DNA of 64,000 nucleotides from NCBI GenBank assembly GCA_035554635.1, contig DATMIB010000067.1, positions 282 through 64,281 on the forward strand. The letters run 5' to 3'. Below the pieces are notes generated by a model. That model was not told where the DNA came from, ran no database searches, and saw only the letters and a program-made list of their open reading frames with translations. Source of the DNA: Steroidobacteraceae bacterium. Its GTDB lineage: Bacteria; Pseudomonadota; Gammaproteobacteria; Steroidobacterales; Steroidobacteraceae. Both the position numbers and the translations under genes were made by a program. Shown in pieces: positions 35,423 through 46,951 of the stretch (position 1 is its first letter; every line of letters begins with the position of its first letter).

Positions 35423-35567
35423 GTCGCTTGCCCCTTCGCCGCTGCCGGATCGACTGGCGGCCTGGTTGTTCTGCATCTCGCAGCGTCGCGCCTGCGCACG
35501 ACGACGCGTCCCGCCGGCGACGATATTTCACGTCGTGCCAAAAGAGAAGCGACGGGCCTCGTGTCGC

Positions 35568-37709
35568 TCAGTCCGGGACGATGCGCGTGCCGTTGAACGT
35601 GCTGCTCGTCAGCGCATCGCCCACGACGCTGAACTCCCACGCACCGGCGTGATTCGACAGGCCAGCCGTGCCGTTGGTATCGACGGGACCGTCGGCCCCG
35701 GGAGCCGGCGCGAGACAGGTGGCGCTGAAGTCGGGTGACAACGTGCCGCCGGCGGGGCTGCCCGCGAGCGCACCGCACGCGTACTCGAGGCCCGCGACGC
35801 GATCGAGCGACGTCGCGCCCGGGTCGGCTTGCGTCTCCGTGTTCAGGAAATTGACGCCACCGCCACTCGCCTGCAGGAACAGCCAGAAGTTGCGGTGGTA
35901 CGCATCGGCGAAGCTGCCGAACAACTGACCCGGGATCGACAGCACCGGCACCAGGAACAAGACGTCGCCGCCACTGGAGAGGGTCAGGCTCAGGACCGTA
36001 CCCTGGCCGGCACCGCTCACGACCAGCGTGCCGTCGAAGCGCGAGTTGTTGTGCCAGACGCCACAGCCGCCGTTGGTGTCGACCACGACATCCTTGATCG
36101 AGAACGCACCGGTGGCGGCGTCGTAGTCGTAGACGCCGTATTCGATGCCGTTGCCGTCGGGCGAGTTGCCACACCCGTTCGTGTTCTCGATGCCCGCGTA
36201 GATGAATACGCCGTCGGGGAAGAATGTCAGGTACACGTAACGCGTGTCGGACGCGGACGCTGCGGGCACCGTGTAGGTGCCGCTCAGCGGGCTGGTCACG
36301 TTGTCGACACAGGTGACGCGGATGTCCGCCACGTCCGCGCTTGCGACAGCGCCCTGCGAACGCGTGATCAGACACGTCTGCCCGACCGGTTGCGTCGCGA
36401 TGCCGACGTCGTAGGCGGCGCCGTTCTCGAGTTCCTCCGGCAACGTGAAGCCCGTCGCGCCGGCTTCGGGCGTCACCGCACCGGCGGGGCCACCCTCGAG
36501 CCTGAGCCCTGCCCCGCCGAGGCCCGAGATCGTGCCGCCGACCGCGTACGTCACGGTCGTCGTCGCGCAGGCGACCGACACGTTGGTCACGTTTGCGGTT
36601 GCGGTGCCGCTGCCGTTGGTGATCGAACAGGTCTGGCCGGATGGCTGCGTCAGGATGCTGACGACATAGCTGTCCCCGGCGTCGACCCTGTCGGCGCCGA
36701 ACGAGAACTGCCCGTTCGCGGTCACATCGATCGTGCTGCCCGAGCTGCCCGCGTGCTGCAGGCGGAGTTGCAGCGTCGCGCCTGTCGCGAGCCCCGCGAC
36801 GGTGCCGCCGATCGAGTACGTGACGACCGGCGTCGGATCGTCTGCGCACGTGACGGCCACGTTCGTCACTGCGGCGCCCGGCATGGTGCCGCTGCCGTTG
36901 GCGACGCTGCAGGTCTGGCCCGCCGGCTGCGTCACGACGCTCACGGCGTACGGCTGGCCCGTCGCGACACGCTCGGGGTCGAAGTTGAAGGCGCCGTTCG
37001 CGGTGACGCTGATGGCTCGCGTGACGTCGCCGGAATGACGCAGGCCGAGTTGCAGCGTCTTGCCGGACCCGAGTCCGCTCACGGTGCCGCCGACTGCGTA
37101 GCTCGTTGCGGGCGGCGGCGGGTCGTTCGTACACGTGACGGCGACGTTGGTGACGTCGGCCGCGGGCATCGTGCCGCTGCCGTTGGCGACGCTGCACGTC
37201 TGCCCGGCGGGTTGTGCCGCGACGCTCACGGCGTACGCGGCGCCTTCGGGAATTCGATTGATGAAGACGAACCCGCCGTCCGCGGCGACCGACAGTGTCT
37301 CCGTGCCGTTGCGCAGGATCACGGTGCCGGCAAGCCCGGACACGGTGCCCCGCAGCTCGTGCGTCGCGTTGTCGAAGCATGTCACGACGACGTCGGTGAC
37401 CTCGCCGCTCACGTTGCCGGTCCCGTGCACGACGTTGCAGACCTGGCCGGCCGGCTGGGTTGCCACCGTGACCGCATACGGCCTGCCGACCTTGATCGGC
37501 GTGGCGAACGTGAACCGCCCGGGCGAGGTGACCACGAGGTCGTCCACCCCCTGGTTCTGCAGGACGACGGTGCCCGCCAGCCCGGCGACGGTGCCGCCGA
37601 CGTGATAGCGCTTGTTGTCCTCGCCGTCGCCGCCGCAGGCGCTCAGCAGCGCGGTCGCGGCCAGAAAGACGGCCAGGCGGCCCGGCAAGGCACGGTCGTG
37701 TCGCTTCAT
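35568..37709 (-). CDS. large lipoprotein with five tandem roughly 85-95-aa Cys-pair domains and a distinct C-terminal domain
   Basis: Lipobox LLSACGG. Five repeats of GGTVxGL..(L/V)xL....F.F......G..Y.V.V..QPxGQxCxVxNGxG......V.NVxVxC, then a roughly 235-aa Gly/Cys-containing C-terminal region. SD GGGGAG precedes ATG 37709. Confidence 0.8.
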   Translation of the reverse strand: MKRHDRALPGRLAVFLAATALLSACGGDGEDNKRYHVGGTVAGLAGTVVLQNQGVDDLVVTSPGRFTFATPIKVGRPYAVTVATQPAGQVCNVVHGTGNVSGEVTDVVVTCFDNATHELRGTVSGLAGTVILRNGTETLSVAADGGFVFINRIPEGAAYAVSVAAQPAGQTCSVANGSGTMPAADVTNVAVTCTNDPPPPATSYAVGGTVSGLGSGKTLQLGLRHSGDVTRAISVTANGAFNFDPERVATGQPYAVSVVTQPAGQTCSVANGSGTMPGAAVTNVAVTCADDPTPVVTYSIGGTVAGLATGATLQLRLQHAGSSGSTIDVTANGQFSFGADRVDAGDSYVVSILTQPSGQTCSITNGSGTATANVTNVSVACATTTVTYAVGGTISGLGGAGLRLEGGPAGAVTPEAGATGFTLPEELENGAAYDVGIATQPVGQTCLITRSQGAVASADVADIRVTCVDNVTSPLSGTYTVPAASASDTRYVYLTFFPDGVFIYAGIENTNGCGNSPDGNGIEYGVYDYDAATGAFSIKDVVVDTNGGCGVWHNNSRFDGTLVVSGAGQGTVLSLTLSSGGDVLFLVPVLSIPGQLFGSFADAYHRNFWLFLQASGGGVNFLNTETQADPGATSLDRVAGLEYACGALAGSPAGGTLSPDFSATCLAPAPGADGPVDTNGTAGLSNHAGAWEFSVVGDALTSSTFNGTRIVPD

Positions 37710-37970
37710 CTGGGTGGGCTCCCCCGCAGGTCCGGAGCCGCGAGCTTGCGGACAGCGGCTACGGTTCGCCCCGCTTATAACGCGACAGCCGTGCCACCCC
37801 AGCCGGTGCAGCGGCGGCTACGCGACCCCGCCACGCACGTCGACTGCTCGGTGCTTTCGTACACCGGCGTCGGACGGCGTCCCCAGCGGCGGTGGGTGGA
37901 ATCGGACTGCATCGCGGCACGTGGCGGGCCCGCCGTTCTACGGGGCGGCCGCGCGTGCCGCCCGCAAACG

Positions 37971-37997
37971 AAAAAGCCGGGCAATGCCCGGCTTTTT
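37971..37997. terminator. bidirectional rho-independent terminator after rplQ
   Basis: aaaaagccgggc-aat-gcccggcttttt: an 8-bp GC stem flanked by an A run and a T run, 38 nt after the rplQ stop. Confidence 0.85.
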
Positions 37998-38034
37998 CTT
38001 CGATGGGCCTGGCGTCGTCAGACGCCCGGCGTCA

Positions 38035-38589
38035 TCAGGCTTCGTCGGTGGACGCCGCAGCCTTCTTCTTGCGCACGGTCTTCTTCTTGGCCGGCGCCTC
38101 GGCGGCAGGAGCAGCGGCCTCATCGGCCGGCGCCGCTTCCGGGGCCGCCTTCTTCTTGCGCGCCTTCGGCTTGGCCTTCTCGCCTTCGTCGGCGGCCGGA
38201 GCCGGGGCCGGGGCCTCGACGGCGGCCGGGGCAGCACGGTCGACCAGCGCCATCAGCGCCATGTCGGCGTTGTCGCCCGCACGGTTCGCCATGTGCAGGA
38301 TGCGCGTGTAGCCGCCCGGGCGCGCCTTGAAGCGCGGGCCGAGCTCGTCGAACAGCTTGGTGACGACGTCCGCGTCACGCAGCCGCGAAAACGCGAGCCG
38401 GCGGTTTGCTTCGCTGTCCTTCTTGCCGAGCGTGATCAGCGGCTCGACGAACCGACGCAGTTCCTTCGCCTTCGGGATCGTCGTCTTGATGGTCTCGTGA
38501 CGCAGCAGCGAGGCCGCCATGTTGCGCAGCATCGCCGCGCGGTGCGTCGAATTGCGGCTCAGCTGCCGCCCCGTCAGTCCGTGTCTCAT
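38035..38589 (-). CDS. rplQ: 50S ribosomal protein L17 with a roughly 60-aa Ala/Pro/Lys-rich C-terminal extension
   Basis: [54 protein letters not shown]..; 184 aa against about 127-130 typical. Confidence 0.96.
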   Translation of the reverse strand: MRHGLTGRQLSRNSTHRAAMLRNMAASLLRHETIKTTIPKAKELRRFVEPLITLGKKDSEANRRLAFSRLRDADVVTKLFDELGPRFKARPGGYTRILHMANRAGDNADMALMALVDRAAPAAVEAPAPAPAADEGEKAKPKARKKKAAPEAAPADEAAAPAAEAPAKKKTVRKKKAAASTDEA

Positions 38590-38603
38590 GTCTGTTCTCT
38601 TTT

Positions 38604-38634
38604 CCGACTAGCCACTGGCCACTAGTCACTGATC
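38604..38634. repeat. solo half-copy of the heptad element (4 x CACTRRY-type heptads)
   Basis: ccgactagccactggccactagtcactgatcg fills most of the 50-nt rpoA/rplQ spacer. It shares CCGACTAG and CCACT heptads with the elements at 51961-53804. Confidence 0.7.
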
Positions 38635-38639
38635 GATTC

Positions 38640-39644
38640 TTAGAGGATGTCGCGGTCGTCGTCGCGCTTGAGGCCCGTGGGCGGCCAGTTGTCGAGACGC
38701 ATGCCGAGCGTGAGGCCGTGGCTCTCGAGCACTTCCTTGATCTCGGTGAGCGACTTCTTGCCGAGGTTCGGCGTGCGCAGCAGCTCGACTTCGGTCTTCT
38801 GCACGAGGTCGCCGATGTAGTGGATGTTCTCGGCCTTGAGGCAGTTCGCGCTGCGGACCGTGAGCTCGAGCTCGTCGACCGGACGCAGCAGCAACGGGTC
38901 GAAGTGGTGATCGGCCGGACGCGACTTCTCCTCGTCCTGGCCCTGCAGGTCGACGAAAACCGACAGCTGGTCCTTGAGGATGGAGCCGGCGCGACGGATC
39001 GCCTCTTCGGCGTCGATCGTGCCGTTGGTCTCGATGTCGATGATCAGCTTGTCGAGGTCGGTGCGCTGTTCGACGCGCGCGGCTTCGACGTTGTAGGTGA
39101 CCTTGCGGATCGGGCTGAACGACGCGTCGAGCAGCAGGCGGCCGATCGGGCGGCTCGCCTCCTCGAACGCGAGGCGCTGGCCGGCCGGGCGGTAACCGCG
39201 GCCCTTCTCGACCTTGAGCGTCATGTTGAGTTCGCCGGCCTTGGTCAGGTTGGCGATCACGAGCTCGGGGTTCAGGATCTCGACGTCGTGGTCGGCCTGG
39301 ATGTCGCCGGCGCGGACCGGGCCCGGGCCCTTCTTCGACAGGCGCAGTTCCGACTCCTCGCGCGCGTTCAGGCGGATCGCGACGAGCTTGAGGTTCAGCA
39401 GGATGTCGACGACGTCCTCCTGGACGCCCTCGATGCTGGTGTACTCGTGGAGCACGCCGTCGATCTCGACTTCCGTGATGGCGCTGCCGGGCATCGACGA
39501 GAGCAGCACGCGACGCAGCGCGTTGCCGAGCGTGTGGCCGAAGCCCCGCTCGAACGGCTCGATCGTGATCTTGGCGTGACGCGGCGACGACGGGGTCACC
39601 TTCACCACGCGCGGACGGAGGAATTCCGCAACGGCTGACTGCAT
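38640..39644 (-). CDS. rpoA: DNA-directed RNA polymerase alpha subunit
   Basis: [39 protein letters not shown]..; C-terminal domain ..[25 protein letters not shown] at 39644 with SD AAGGTG 6 nt upstream. The track start at 39653 is a GTG. Confidence 0.97.
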   Translation of the reverse strand: MQSAVAEFLRPRVVKVTPSSPRHAKITIEPFERGFGHTLGNALRRVLLSSMPGSAITEVEIDGVLHEYTSIEGVQEDVVDILLNLKLVAIRLNAREESELRLSKKGPGPVRAGDIQADHDVEILNPELVIANLTKAGELNMTLKVEKGRGYRPAGQRLAFEEASRPIGRLLLDASFSPIRKVTYNVEAARVEQRTDLDKLIIDIETNGTIDAEEAIRRAGSILKDQLSVFVDLQGQDEEKSRPADHHFDPLLLRPVDELELTVRSANCLKAENIHYIGDLVQKTEVELLRTPNLGKKSLTEIKEVLESHGLTLGMRLDNWPPTGLKRDDDRDIL

Positions 39645-39717
39645 GTAAGTCACCTTGCCTGGTGGCCTTGAATTTTCGAGGCCCGGTCGGCGGTGGCCGA
39701 CCGGGCCGGGGAATGGA

Positions 39718-40341
<624 letters not shown>

Positions 40342-40367
40342 TTACTTTTCCTCGACCGGAGCGCGCG

Positions 40368-40769
40368 TCAGACGCGGCGCTTCTTGGGCGGACGGCACCC
40401 GTTGTGCGGGATCGGCGTCACGTCCTCGATGCTGGTGACCTTGAGGCCAGCGGCGTTCAGCGCGCGCACGGCCGATTCGCGACCCGGGCCCGGGCCACGG
40501 ACCTTCACGTCGACGGTGCGGACGCCGTATTCCTGCGCGGCCACGCCGGCCTTCTCGGCAGCGACCTGCGCCGCGAACGGCGTGCTCTTGCGCGAGCCGC
40601 GGAAGCCGCAGCCGCCCGAGGTCGCCCACGAGAGCGTGTTGCCCTGGCGGTCGGTGATCGTGATGATCGTGTTGTTGAACGACGCGTGGACGTGCGCCAC
40701 CGCGTCGGTCACCACGCGCTTGACCTTCTTGCGGGGCTTCGCTGCGCCAGACTTCTTGTCGTCAGCCAT
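40368..40769 (-). CDS. rpsK: 30S ribosomal protein S11
   Basis: ..[37 protein letters not shown]. Confidence 0.97.
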   Translation of the reverse strand: MADDKKSGAAKPRKKVKRVVTDAVAHVHASFNNTIITITDRQGNTLSWATSGGCGFRGSRKSTPFAAQVAAEKAGVAAQEYGVRTVDVKVRGPGPGRESAVRALNAAGLKVTSIEDVTPIPHNGCRPPKKRRV

Positions 40770-40811
40770 TCGAGTACAACCTTGTCGTGATCAGTGCCGG
40801 CCGGAGGCGGA

Positions 40812-41192
40812 TTACGCCTTGCCCGGAGGTGCGTTCAGCTTGACCGCGGCCTTGCGCGGGCCCTTGCGCGTGCGCGCATTGGTGCGCGTGCGCTGGCCAC
40901 GCATGGGCAGGCCCTTGCGGTGCCGCAGGCCACGGTACGAACCGAGGTCCATGAGGCGCTTGATGTTCATCGCCACTTCGCGGCGGAGGTCGCCCTCGAC
41001 CGGGAGCTTCGCGACCTGCGAACGCAGCGCGGCCACCTCGGCCTCGGTCAGGTCCTTCACCTTGGTGTCGGGCTTCACGCCAGCCGCCTCGCAGGCCAGC
41101 TTGGCCTGGGTGCGACCGACGCCATAGATAGCGGTCAGCCCGATGACGACGTGCTTGTTCATCGGGATGTTGATGCCGGCTATACGGGCCAT
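40812..41192 (-). CDS. rpsM: 30S ribosomal protein S13
   Basis: [30 protein letters not shown]... Confidence 0.97.
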   Translation of the reverse strand: MARIAGINIPMNKHVVIGLTAIYGVGRTQAKLACEAAGVKPDTKVKDLTEAEVAALRSQVAKLPVEGDLRREVAMNIKRLMDLGSYRGLRHRKGLPMRGQRTRTNARTRKGPRKAAVKLNAPPGKA

Positions 41193-41225
41193 TTTTGGCT
41201 CACTCCGGGGCGCGAAAAGCGCGCG

Positions 41226-41254
41226 ATAGTATCAAAAAAACCAGGGACGATCAA
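41226..41254 (-). promoter_or_regulatory. possible internal promoter for the alpha operon (rpsM onward)
   Basis: Minus strand reads TTGATC-N17-TACTAT in the AT-richer rpmJ/rpsM spacer, followed by a small hairpin gcgcgcttttcgcgc and SD GGAG before the rpsM ATG. Confidence 0.35.
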
Positions 41255-41270
41255 TGCAAAAGCCGGGCCA

Positions 41271-41384
41271 TCAGCCCTGCCGCTGCTTGTGACGCTTGTC
41301 GCTGCAGATCACGTAGACCACGCCGCGACGCCGGACCACCTTGCAGTTCTTGCAGATACGCTTGACCGAGGGACGAACTTTCAT
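41271..41384 (-). CDS. rpmJ: 50S ribosomal protein L36
   Basis: Not in the ORF track (37 aa). Manual translation gives [37 protein letters not shown], 30 nt after the secY stop. Confidence 0.95.
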   Translation of the reverse strand: MKVRPSVKRICKNCKVVRRRGVVYVICSDKRHKQRQG

Positions 41385-41414
41385 GGATTCACTCTCCGTT
41401 GCAGCCGGCGCGTC

Positions 41415-42758
41415 TCAGCGCACCTGGCCGGGCCGGCCGTAGCCGCGCAGGTTGGCCTTCTTCATGAGCCCCTCGTACTGGTGCGACATCAGGTGCGCCT
41501 GCAGCTGGGACATGAAGTCCATGATCACCACGACGATGATCATGAGCGAGGTGCCGCCGAAGTAGAACGGCACCTTGAACTGGGAAATCAGGATCTCGGG
41601 GATCAGGCAGACGAGCGTCACGTACAGCGCGCCCCACACCGTCAGGCGGGTGAGGACCTTGTCGATGTACTCGGCCGTCTGCTGGCCCGGACGGATCCCG
41701 GGGATGAACGCGCCCGACTTCTTCAGGTTCTCCGACGTCTCGCGCGAGTTGAACACGAGCGCGGTGTAGAAGAAGCAGAAAAAGATGATCAGGCCCGCGT
41801 ACAGCACCATGTGCACCGGCTGGCCGATGCCGAGGCTCGCGGCCACGTTCTGCAGCCAGGCGAAGTTCTCGTTGGTGCCGAACCAGCTCGCGATCGTCGC
41901 CGGGAACAGCAGCAGGCTCGAGGCGAAGATCGGCGGGATCACGCCCGACATGTTGAGCTTGAACGGCAGGTGCGTCGTGGTGCCGGCGAACACGCGGCGG
42001 CCCTGCTGGCGCTTGGCGTAGTTGACCGGGATGCGACGCTGGCCGCGCTCGACGAACACGACGAAGTACGTGACCGCCGCGATCATCAGGATCAGCAGCA
42101 GCGCGAGCGCCGGGTTGATCTCGCCGTTGCGGACCAGCTCGAGCGTGCCGCCGATCGCCGCCGGCAGGCCCGCGACGATGCCCGCGAGGATGATCATCGA
42201 GATGCCGTTGCCGAGGCCGCGCTCGGTGATCTGCTCGCCGAGCCACATCAGGAACATGGTGCCCGCGACGAGCGTGATCGTCGCCAGGAACACGAACTGC
42301 GGGCCCGGGGCGATCACCACGCCCTGGTTCTGGAACGCGACGGCCGCACCGGCGCCCTGGAACGCCGCGAGCGCGACGGTGCCCATGCGCGTGTAGCTCG
42401 TGAGCTTGCGCCGGCCCGCCTCGCCTTCCTTGCGCAGCGCCTGCAGCTGCGGCACGACCACGGCCATCATCTGCACGATGATCGAGGCCGAGATGTACGG
42501 CATCACGCCGAGCGCGAAGATCGACAGGCGCTGCAGCGCGCCACCCGAGAACATGTTGAACATGCTCAGGATGGTGCCGGCCTGGTCCTGGAAGAAACGC
42601 GCGAGCGCGACCGGATCGATGCCCGGCACGGGGATGAACGTGCCGATGCGATAGACGATCAGGCCGCCGATCAGGAAGAAGAATCTCCTCCTGAGCTCGG
42701 TCAACCGGGTCGCCTCGCCAAAGGCGGCGACCGGGTTGTTGGAGATCGGGTTGGCCAC
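41415..42758 (-). CDS. secY: preprotein translocase subunit SecY
   Basis: 447 aa, 10 TM pattern, ..[27 protein letters not shown].. Confidence 0.97.
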   Translation of the reverse strand: MANPISNNPVAAFGEATRLTELRRRFFFLIGGLIVYRIGTFIPVPGIDPVALARFFQDQAGTILSMFNMFSGGALQRLSIFALGVMPYISASIIVQMMAVVVPQLQALRKEGEAGRRKLTSYTRMGTVALAAFQGAGAAVAFQNQGVVIAPGPQFVFLATITLVAGTMFLMWLGEQITERGLGNGISMIILAGIVAGLPAAIGGTLELVRNGEINPALALLLILMIAAVTYFVVFVERGQRRIPVNYAKRQQGRRVFAGTTTHLPFKLNMSGVIPPIFASSLLLFPATIASWFGTNENFAWLQNVAASLGIGQPVHMVLYAGLIIFFCFFYTALVFNSRETSENLKKSGAFIPGIRPGQQTAEYIDKVLTRLTVWGALYVTLVCLIPEILISQFKVPFYFGGTSLMIIVVVIMDFMSQLQAHLMSHQYEGLMKKANLRGYGRPGQVR

Positions 42759-42798
42759 GCGTGAGTCCTGGTTGAGTTCGGTTGCGAGGGGCGAAGGC

Positions 42799-43245
42799 TC
42801 AGGCCGCCGCCACTTCCACGACCTTGCCGCCGGCCGCTTCGATCGCTGCCTTGGCGCCCTTGGTCACGCCGACGCCGCTCACCGTGTACGCCGCCTTCAC
42901 GTCGCCCGAGAGGACGATCTTGGCGTGCAGCGTGTCGGCCGGAACGAGGTTCGCGGCCTTGAGCGTGGCGAGGTCGACGTTGCCGCCCTCGACCTTGTGC
43001 AGCTCGGAGAGACGCACTTCGGCCGTCCGGCGGCCCAGCGCCGAGCGGAAGCCGATCTTCGGCAGGCGGCGCTGCAGGGGCATCTGGCCGCCTTCGAAGC
43101 CGACCTTGTGATAGCCGCCCTTGCGCGCGCGCTGGCCCTTGACGCCGCGGCCGCAGGTCTTGCCCTGGCCGGCGGACGCGCCGCGGCCGACGCGGGTGCG
43201 CGCCTTCTTGCTGCCCGGGGCCGGGCCGATGCTGTTCAGTTTCAT
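42799..43245 (-). CDS. rplO: 50S ribosomal protein L15
   Basis: [38 protein letters not shown]..; ATG at 43245 verified. Confidence 0.96.
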   Translation of the reverse strand: MKLNSIGPAPGSKKARTRVGRGASAGQGKTCGRGVKGQRARKGGYHKVGFEGGQMPLQRRLPKIGFRSALGRRTAEVRLSELHKVEGGNVDLATLKAANLVPADTLHAKIVLSGDVKAAYTVSGVGVTKGAKAAIEAAGGKVVEVAAA

Positions 43246-43252
43246 GGTTCGA

Positions 43253-43447
43253 TCACGCCTCTTCGACGCGGAACAGGTGCCGCGACGCATTCAGCATGCC
43301 GCGGATTTCCTTGGTGTCCGGAACGGTCACCGTCTGGTTCATGCGGCGCAGACCGAGGCCACGCACCGTGGCGCGGTGGCGGGCGATCTGACCGTAGGGG
43401 CTCTTCACGAGCGTCACCTTGACGCTCTTGACGCTTTCGTTGGCCAT
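43253..43447 (-). CDS. rpmD: 50S ribosomal protein L30
   Basis: [40 protein letters not shown]..; ATG at 43447 verified. Confidence 0.95.
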   Translation of the reverse strand: MANESVKSVKVTLVKSPYGQIARHRATVRGLGLRRMNQTVTVPDTKEIRGMLNASRHLFRVEEA

Positions 43448-43458
43448 GTCGGTGTCAC

Positions 43459-43965
43459 TCAACCAGTGATTTCGGCGATCGACTTGCCGCGCTTGGCGGC
43501 AATGCGATCGGGCGACGGCACGTTCGTGAGCGCGTTCATCGTCGCGCGCACCACGTTGATCGGATTGCGCGAGCCGTACGACTTCGCGAGCACGTTGCGC
43601 ACGCCGGCGCACTCGAACACCGCGCGCATGCTGCCGCCCGCGATGACGCCCGTACCGTCGGCGGCCGGCTGCATGTACACCTTCGAGGTGCCGTGCTTGC
43701 CGACGACCGCGAAGTGCAGCGTGGCATTGCGCAGGCTCACGTTGACGAGGTTCTTGCGCGCCTGCTGCATCGCCTTCTGGATGGCGACCGGCACTTCACG
43801 AGCCTTGCCGTAGCCGAAGCCGACGCGGCCGTTGCCGTCGCCGACGACGGTCAGCGCCGTGAAGCCGAACTGCTTGCCGCCCTTCACGGTCTTGGACACG
43901 CGGTTGACGGTCACGAGCTTCTCGATGAACTCGTCCTGGGCCGCGACTTTTTCGATCCTAGCCAT
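43459..43965 (-). CDS. rpsE: 30S ribosomal protein S5
   Basis: ..[44 protein letters not shown].. Confidence 0.97.
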   Translation of the reverse strand: MARIEKVAAQDEFIEKLVTVNRVSKTVKGGKQFGFTALTVVGDGNGRVGFGYGKAREVPVAIQKAMQQARKNLVNVSLRNATLHFAVVGKHGTSKVYMQPAADGTGVIAGGSMRAVFECAGVRNVLAKSYGSRNPINVVRATMNALTNVPSPDRIAAKRGKSIAEITG

Positions 43966-43988
43966 TGCTGCTCCTGGAACCTTGCGGC

Positions 43989-44339
43989 TCAGAACTCGAG
44001 ACCGGCTTCACGCGCGGCATCGGCGAGCGCCTTGATGCGCCCGTGGTACTTGAAGCCCGAACGGTCGAACGCGACCTGCGTGACGCCCTTGGCCTTCGCC
44101 CGTTCGGCGATGACCCGGCCCACGGCCTTGGCGGCCTCGATGTTGCCGGTGCCCTTGAGGCCCTCGGCGACGTCCTTCTGCAGGGTCGACGCGCTCGCGA
44201 CCACGTTCGACTCCGGGTCGAACACCTGCGCGTAGATGTGCTGCGCGGTGCGGTGCACCGAGAGGCGCATCGCGCGCAGCTCGTGGATCTTGGCGCGCGC
44301 CGGGCGGGCGCGCTTCAGACGGCTGACTTTCTTTTGCAT
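43989..44339 (-). CDS. rplR: 50S ribosomal protein L18
   Basis: [39 protein letters not shown].. aligns with E. coli L18 from residue 1. An alternative ATG at 44354 overlaps the rplF TAA by 1 nt. Confidence 0.95.
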   Translation of the reverse strand: MQKKVSRLKRARPARAKIHELRAMRLSVHRTAQHIYAQVFDPESNVVASASTLQKDVAEGLKGTGNIEAAKAVGRVIAERAKAKGVTQVAFDRSGFKYHGRIKALADAAREAGLEF

Positions 44340-44353
44340 GGTCGCTGCACCCA

Positions 44354-44887
44354 TTACTTCTTCTTCGTTTCCTTGAGCTCGATGCGCTCACCGGAATAAC
44401 GAACGCCCTTGCCCTTGTAGGGCTCCGGGGCACGATAGGCGCGGATTTCCGCGGCCACCTGGCCGACCTGCTGCTTGTCGGCGCCCTTGACGAGAATTTC
44501 CGTCTGCGTGGGCGTCTCGATCGTGATGCCTTCCGGCACGTCGTACTCGACCGGGTGCGAGAAGCCGAGCGTGAGGTTCAGCTTCTTGCCGGCCGCGGCG
44601 GCGCGGTAGCCGACGCCGACGAGCTCGAGCTTCTTCTCGTAGCCCTTCGACACGCCCTCGGCGCAGTTGGCGATGTGCGCGCGCAGCGAACCGGCGTGCA
44701 TCAGCGCTTCCTTGGTGCGCTCGGCGATCTCGACGCGCACGCTCTGCCCTTCCTGCACCAGGCTCAGGCCCGCGCGCAGCGGGAGCTTGAGGGCGCCCTT
44801 GGCACCCTTGACGGTGACGGCGCCGCCGTCGACCGTGGCGGTCACGCCCTTCGGCAGTTCGACCGGCCTCTTAGCAACTCGTGACAT
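44354..44887 (-). CDS. rplF: 50S ribosomal protein L6
   Basis: [27 protein letters not shown].. Confidence 0.97.
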   Translation of the reverse strand: MSRVAKRPVELPKGVTATVDGGAVTVKGAKGALKLPLRAGLSLVQEGQSVRVEIAERTKEALMHAGSLRAHIANCAEGVSKGYEKKLELVGVGYRAAAAGKKLNLTLGFSHPVEYDVPEGITIETPTQTEILVKGADKQQVGQVAAEIRAYRAPEPYKGKGVRYSGERIELKETKKK

Positions 44888-44917
44888 GGTCTTGTGTCCT
44901 GTATCCGTGCCCGTGCC

Positions 44918-45313
44918 TTACGACACGATGCAGAGCACTTCGCCGCCGTGGCCGGCTGCACGGGCTTCGCGGTCCGTCATCACGCCCTTGGAGGTCGAGA
45001 TGATCGCCACGCCCATGCCGCCGAGGATCTTCGGCAGCTCGTCCTTCGCCTTGTAGACACGCAGGCCGGGGCGGCTGACGCGCTCGAGGCGGTCGATGAC
45101 CGGGCGGCCCTGGTAGTACTTCAGGCGTACGCGGACGGTCGGCTTCGCCTCGCCGTCGTCGACGGCGAAGTCCTCGATGTAACCTTCGTCCTTAAGCACC
45201 TTCGCCAGGGCCAGCTTGATCCGCGACGAGGGCGCGGCGATCTCGGGCTTGCCCGAGAGCTGGCCGTTGCGGATGCGGGTCAGGAAGTCCGCGATGGGGT
45301 CCGTCATGCTCAT
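44918..45313 (-). CDS. rpsH: 30S ribosomal protein S8
   Basis: [17 protein letters not shown].. Confidence 0.97.
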   Translation of the reverse strand: MSMTDPIADFLTRIRNGQLSGKPEIAAPSSRIKLALAKVLKDEGYIEDFAVDDGEAKPTVRVRLKYYQGRPVIDRLERVSRPGLRVYKAKDELPKILGGMGVAIISTSKGVMTDREARAAGHGGEVLCIVS

Positions 45314-45334
45314 GCTGTTGCTCCAGTACCCGGC

Positions 45335-45640
45335 TTACCAGCTGGCCTTGCCGAGGCCCGGGATGTCGCCGCGCATCGTCGCTTCGCGCAGCTTCTGCCG
45401 CCCGAGACCGAACTTGCGGTAGACGCCACGGGAGCGGCCGGTGATCGCGCAGCGCTTGCGCACGCGCGAGGCCGCCGAATCGCGCGGCAGGGCGTTGAGC
45501 TTGCGCTGCGCCTCTTCCCGCTCGGAGTCGGTCGACTTCGGGCTGCGGATGGTCTCCTTGAGCTGGGCGCGCTTGGCAGCGTGCTGCTTCACGAGCTTCT
45601 CACGGCGCTTCTCGCGCTCGATCATGCTGGTCTTCGCCAT
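45335..45640 (-). CDS. rpsN: 30S ribosomal protein S14 (long, non-zinc form)
   Basis: [44 protein letters not shown]; 101 aa. Confidence 0.96.
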   Translation of the reverse strand: MAKTSMIEREKRREKLVKQHAAKRAQLKETIRSPKSTDSEREEAQRKLNALPRDSAASRVRKRCAITGRSRGVYRKFGLGRQKLREATMRGDIPGLGKASW

Positions 45641-45655
45641 CTCTTTGTTCCTGTC

Positions 45656-46195
45656 CTACTTGCGGAACGGGAAGTTGAAGGACTCGAGCAGCGCGCGACC
45701 TTCACGGTCGTCGCGTGCCGAAGTCGTGATCGTGATGTCCATCCCGCGGATCGCGTCGACCTGGTCGTAGGCGATCTCGGGGAAGATGATCTGTTCCTTG
45801 ACGCCGAACGTGTAGTTGCCACGGCCGTCGAACGAGCGGGCCGACACGCCGCGGAAGTCGCGGATGCGCGGCATCGCCACGTTGATGAGGCGGTCGAGGA
45901 ACTCGTACATGCGGGCGCCGCGCAGCGTCACGCGCGCGCCGACCGGCACGCCCGCGCGCAGCTTGAACGACGCGATCGCCATGCGCGACTTGGTCACGAC
46001 CGGCTTCTGGCCGGTGAGCGCGGTCAGGTCCGACACGGCTCCGTCCATGGCCTTCTTGTCGGCCACGGCCTCGCCCACGCCCATGTTCACCGTGATCTTG
46101 GTGATCCTGGGCACCTGCATCGTGTTCGCGACGCCGAGGCTCTGCTTGAGCTCGGGCACGACCTTCTCGCGGTAAATCTGCTGCAGCCTTGCCAT
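45656..46195 (-). CDS. rplE: 50S ribosomal protein L5
   Basis: [33 protein letters not shown].. Confidence 0.97.
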   Translation of the reverse strand: MARLQQIYREKVVPELKQSLGVANTMQVPRITKITVNMGVGEAVADKKAMDGAVSDLTALTGQKPVVTKSRMAIASFKLRAGVPVGARVTLRGARMYEFLDRLINVAMPRIRDFRGVSARSFDGRGNYTFGVKEQIIFPEIAYDQVDAIRGMDITITTSARDDREGRALLESFNFPFRK

Positions 46196-46211
46196 CTCAG
46201 ATGACCTCGGA

Positions 46212-46526
46212 TCAGGCGTCCACGACTTCGTCGTTGGACTTGAAGTAGCGCACGCGACGGCCGTCGGCGAGCGTGCGGATGCCGACGCGATCGCCCTTCT
46301 TCGCGACCGGGTTCCAGAGCTGCACGTTCGAGAGCTGGAGGGCAGCCTCCTTCTCGACGATGCCGCCCTGCGTGCCCTTCTGCGGGTTCGGACGCGTGTG
46401 GCGCTTGACCATGTTGATGTTCTCGACGAGCACCTTCTCGCCGAGCACCTTGATGACGGTGCCGCGCCGGCCCTTGTCGCGGCCGGTGATGACGACGACC
46501 TCGTCGCCCTTGCGGATCTTGTTCAT
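46212..46526 (-). CDS. rplX: 50S ribosomal protein L24
   Basis: [24 protein letters not shown].. Confidence 0.97.
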   Translation of the reverse strand: MNKIRKGDEVVVITGRDKGRRGTVIKVLGEKVLVENINMVKRHTRPNPQKGTQGGIVEKEAALQLSNVQLWNPVAKKGDRVGIRTLADGRRVRYFKSNDEVVDA

Positions 46527-46551
46527 GTCCTGTTCCTCGATCCCTGCGCGC

Positions 46552-46920
46552 TCAGAGCACTTCCGGCGCGAGCGAGATGATCTTCATGAACTGCGCCGTG
46601 CGCAGTTCGCGGGTGACCGGTCCGAAGATACGGGTGCCGATCGGCTCGAGCTTGTTCGTGAGCAGCACCGCGGCGTTGCCGTCGAAGCGGATCAGCGAAC
46701 CGTCGGGGCGGCGCACGCCGAAGGCGGTGCGGACGACGACGGCGTCGTAGACCTCACCCTTCTTGACCTTGCCGCGCGGTATCGCGTCCTTGACGCTGAC
46801 CTTGATCACGTCACCGACGGTGGCATAGCGGCGCTTGGAGCCGCCGAGCACCTTGATGCACATGAGACGCTTGGCGCCGCTGTTGTCGGCGGCCGCGAGC
46901 ATGGTACGCATCTGGATCAT
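46552..46920 (-). CDS. rplN: 50S ribosomal protein L14
   Basis: [28 protein letters not shown].. Confidence 0.97.
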   Translation of the reverse strand: MIQMRTMLAAADNSGAKRLMCIKVLGGSKRRYATVGDVIKVSVKDAIPRGKVKKGEVYDAVVVRTAFGVRRPDGSLIRFDGNAAVLLTNKLEPIGTRIFGPVTRELRTAQFMKIISLAPEVL

Positions 46921-46951
46921 TGCTGGAGTCCTCTGCTCTTGCTGCTGCGGC

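Noticed and set aside
35829-38330. 833-aa plus-strand ORF
   Set aside because: Antisense to the five-repeat lipoprotein gene, and it runs across the rplQ terminator. The minus frame has the lipobox, SD and repeat structure.
41385-41414. Expected infA between secY and rpmJ
   Set aside because: The gap is 30 nt, so infA is simply not in this cluster. This matches the E. coli-type arrangement and is not an anomaly.
40794-42764. 656-aa plus-strand ORF
   Set aside because: Antisense to rpsM, rpmJ and secY, all unmistakable on the minus strand.
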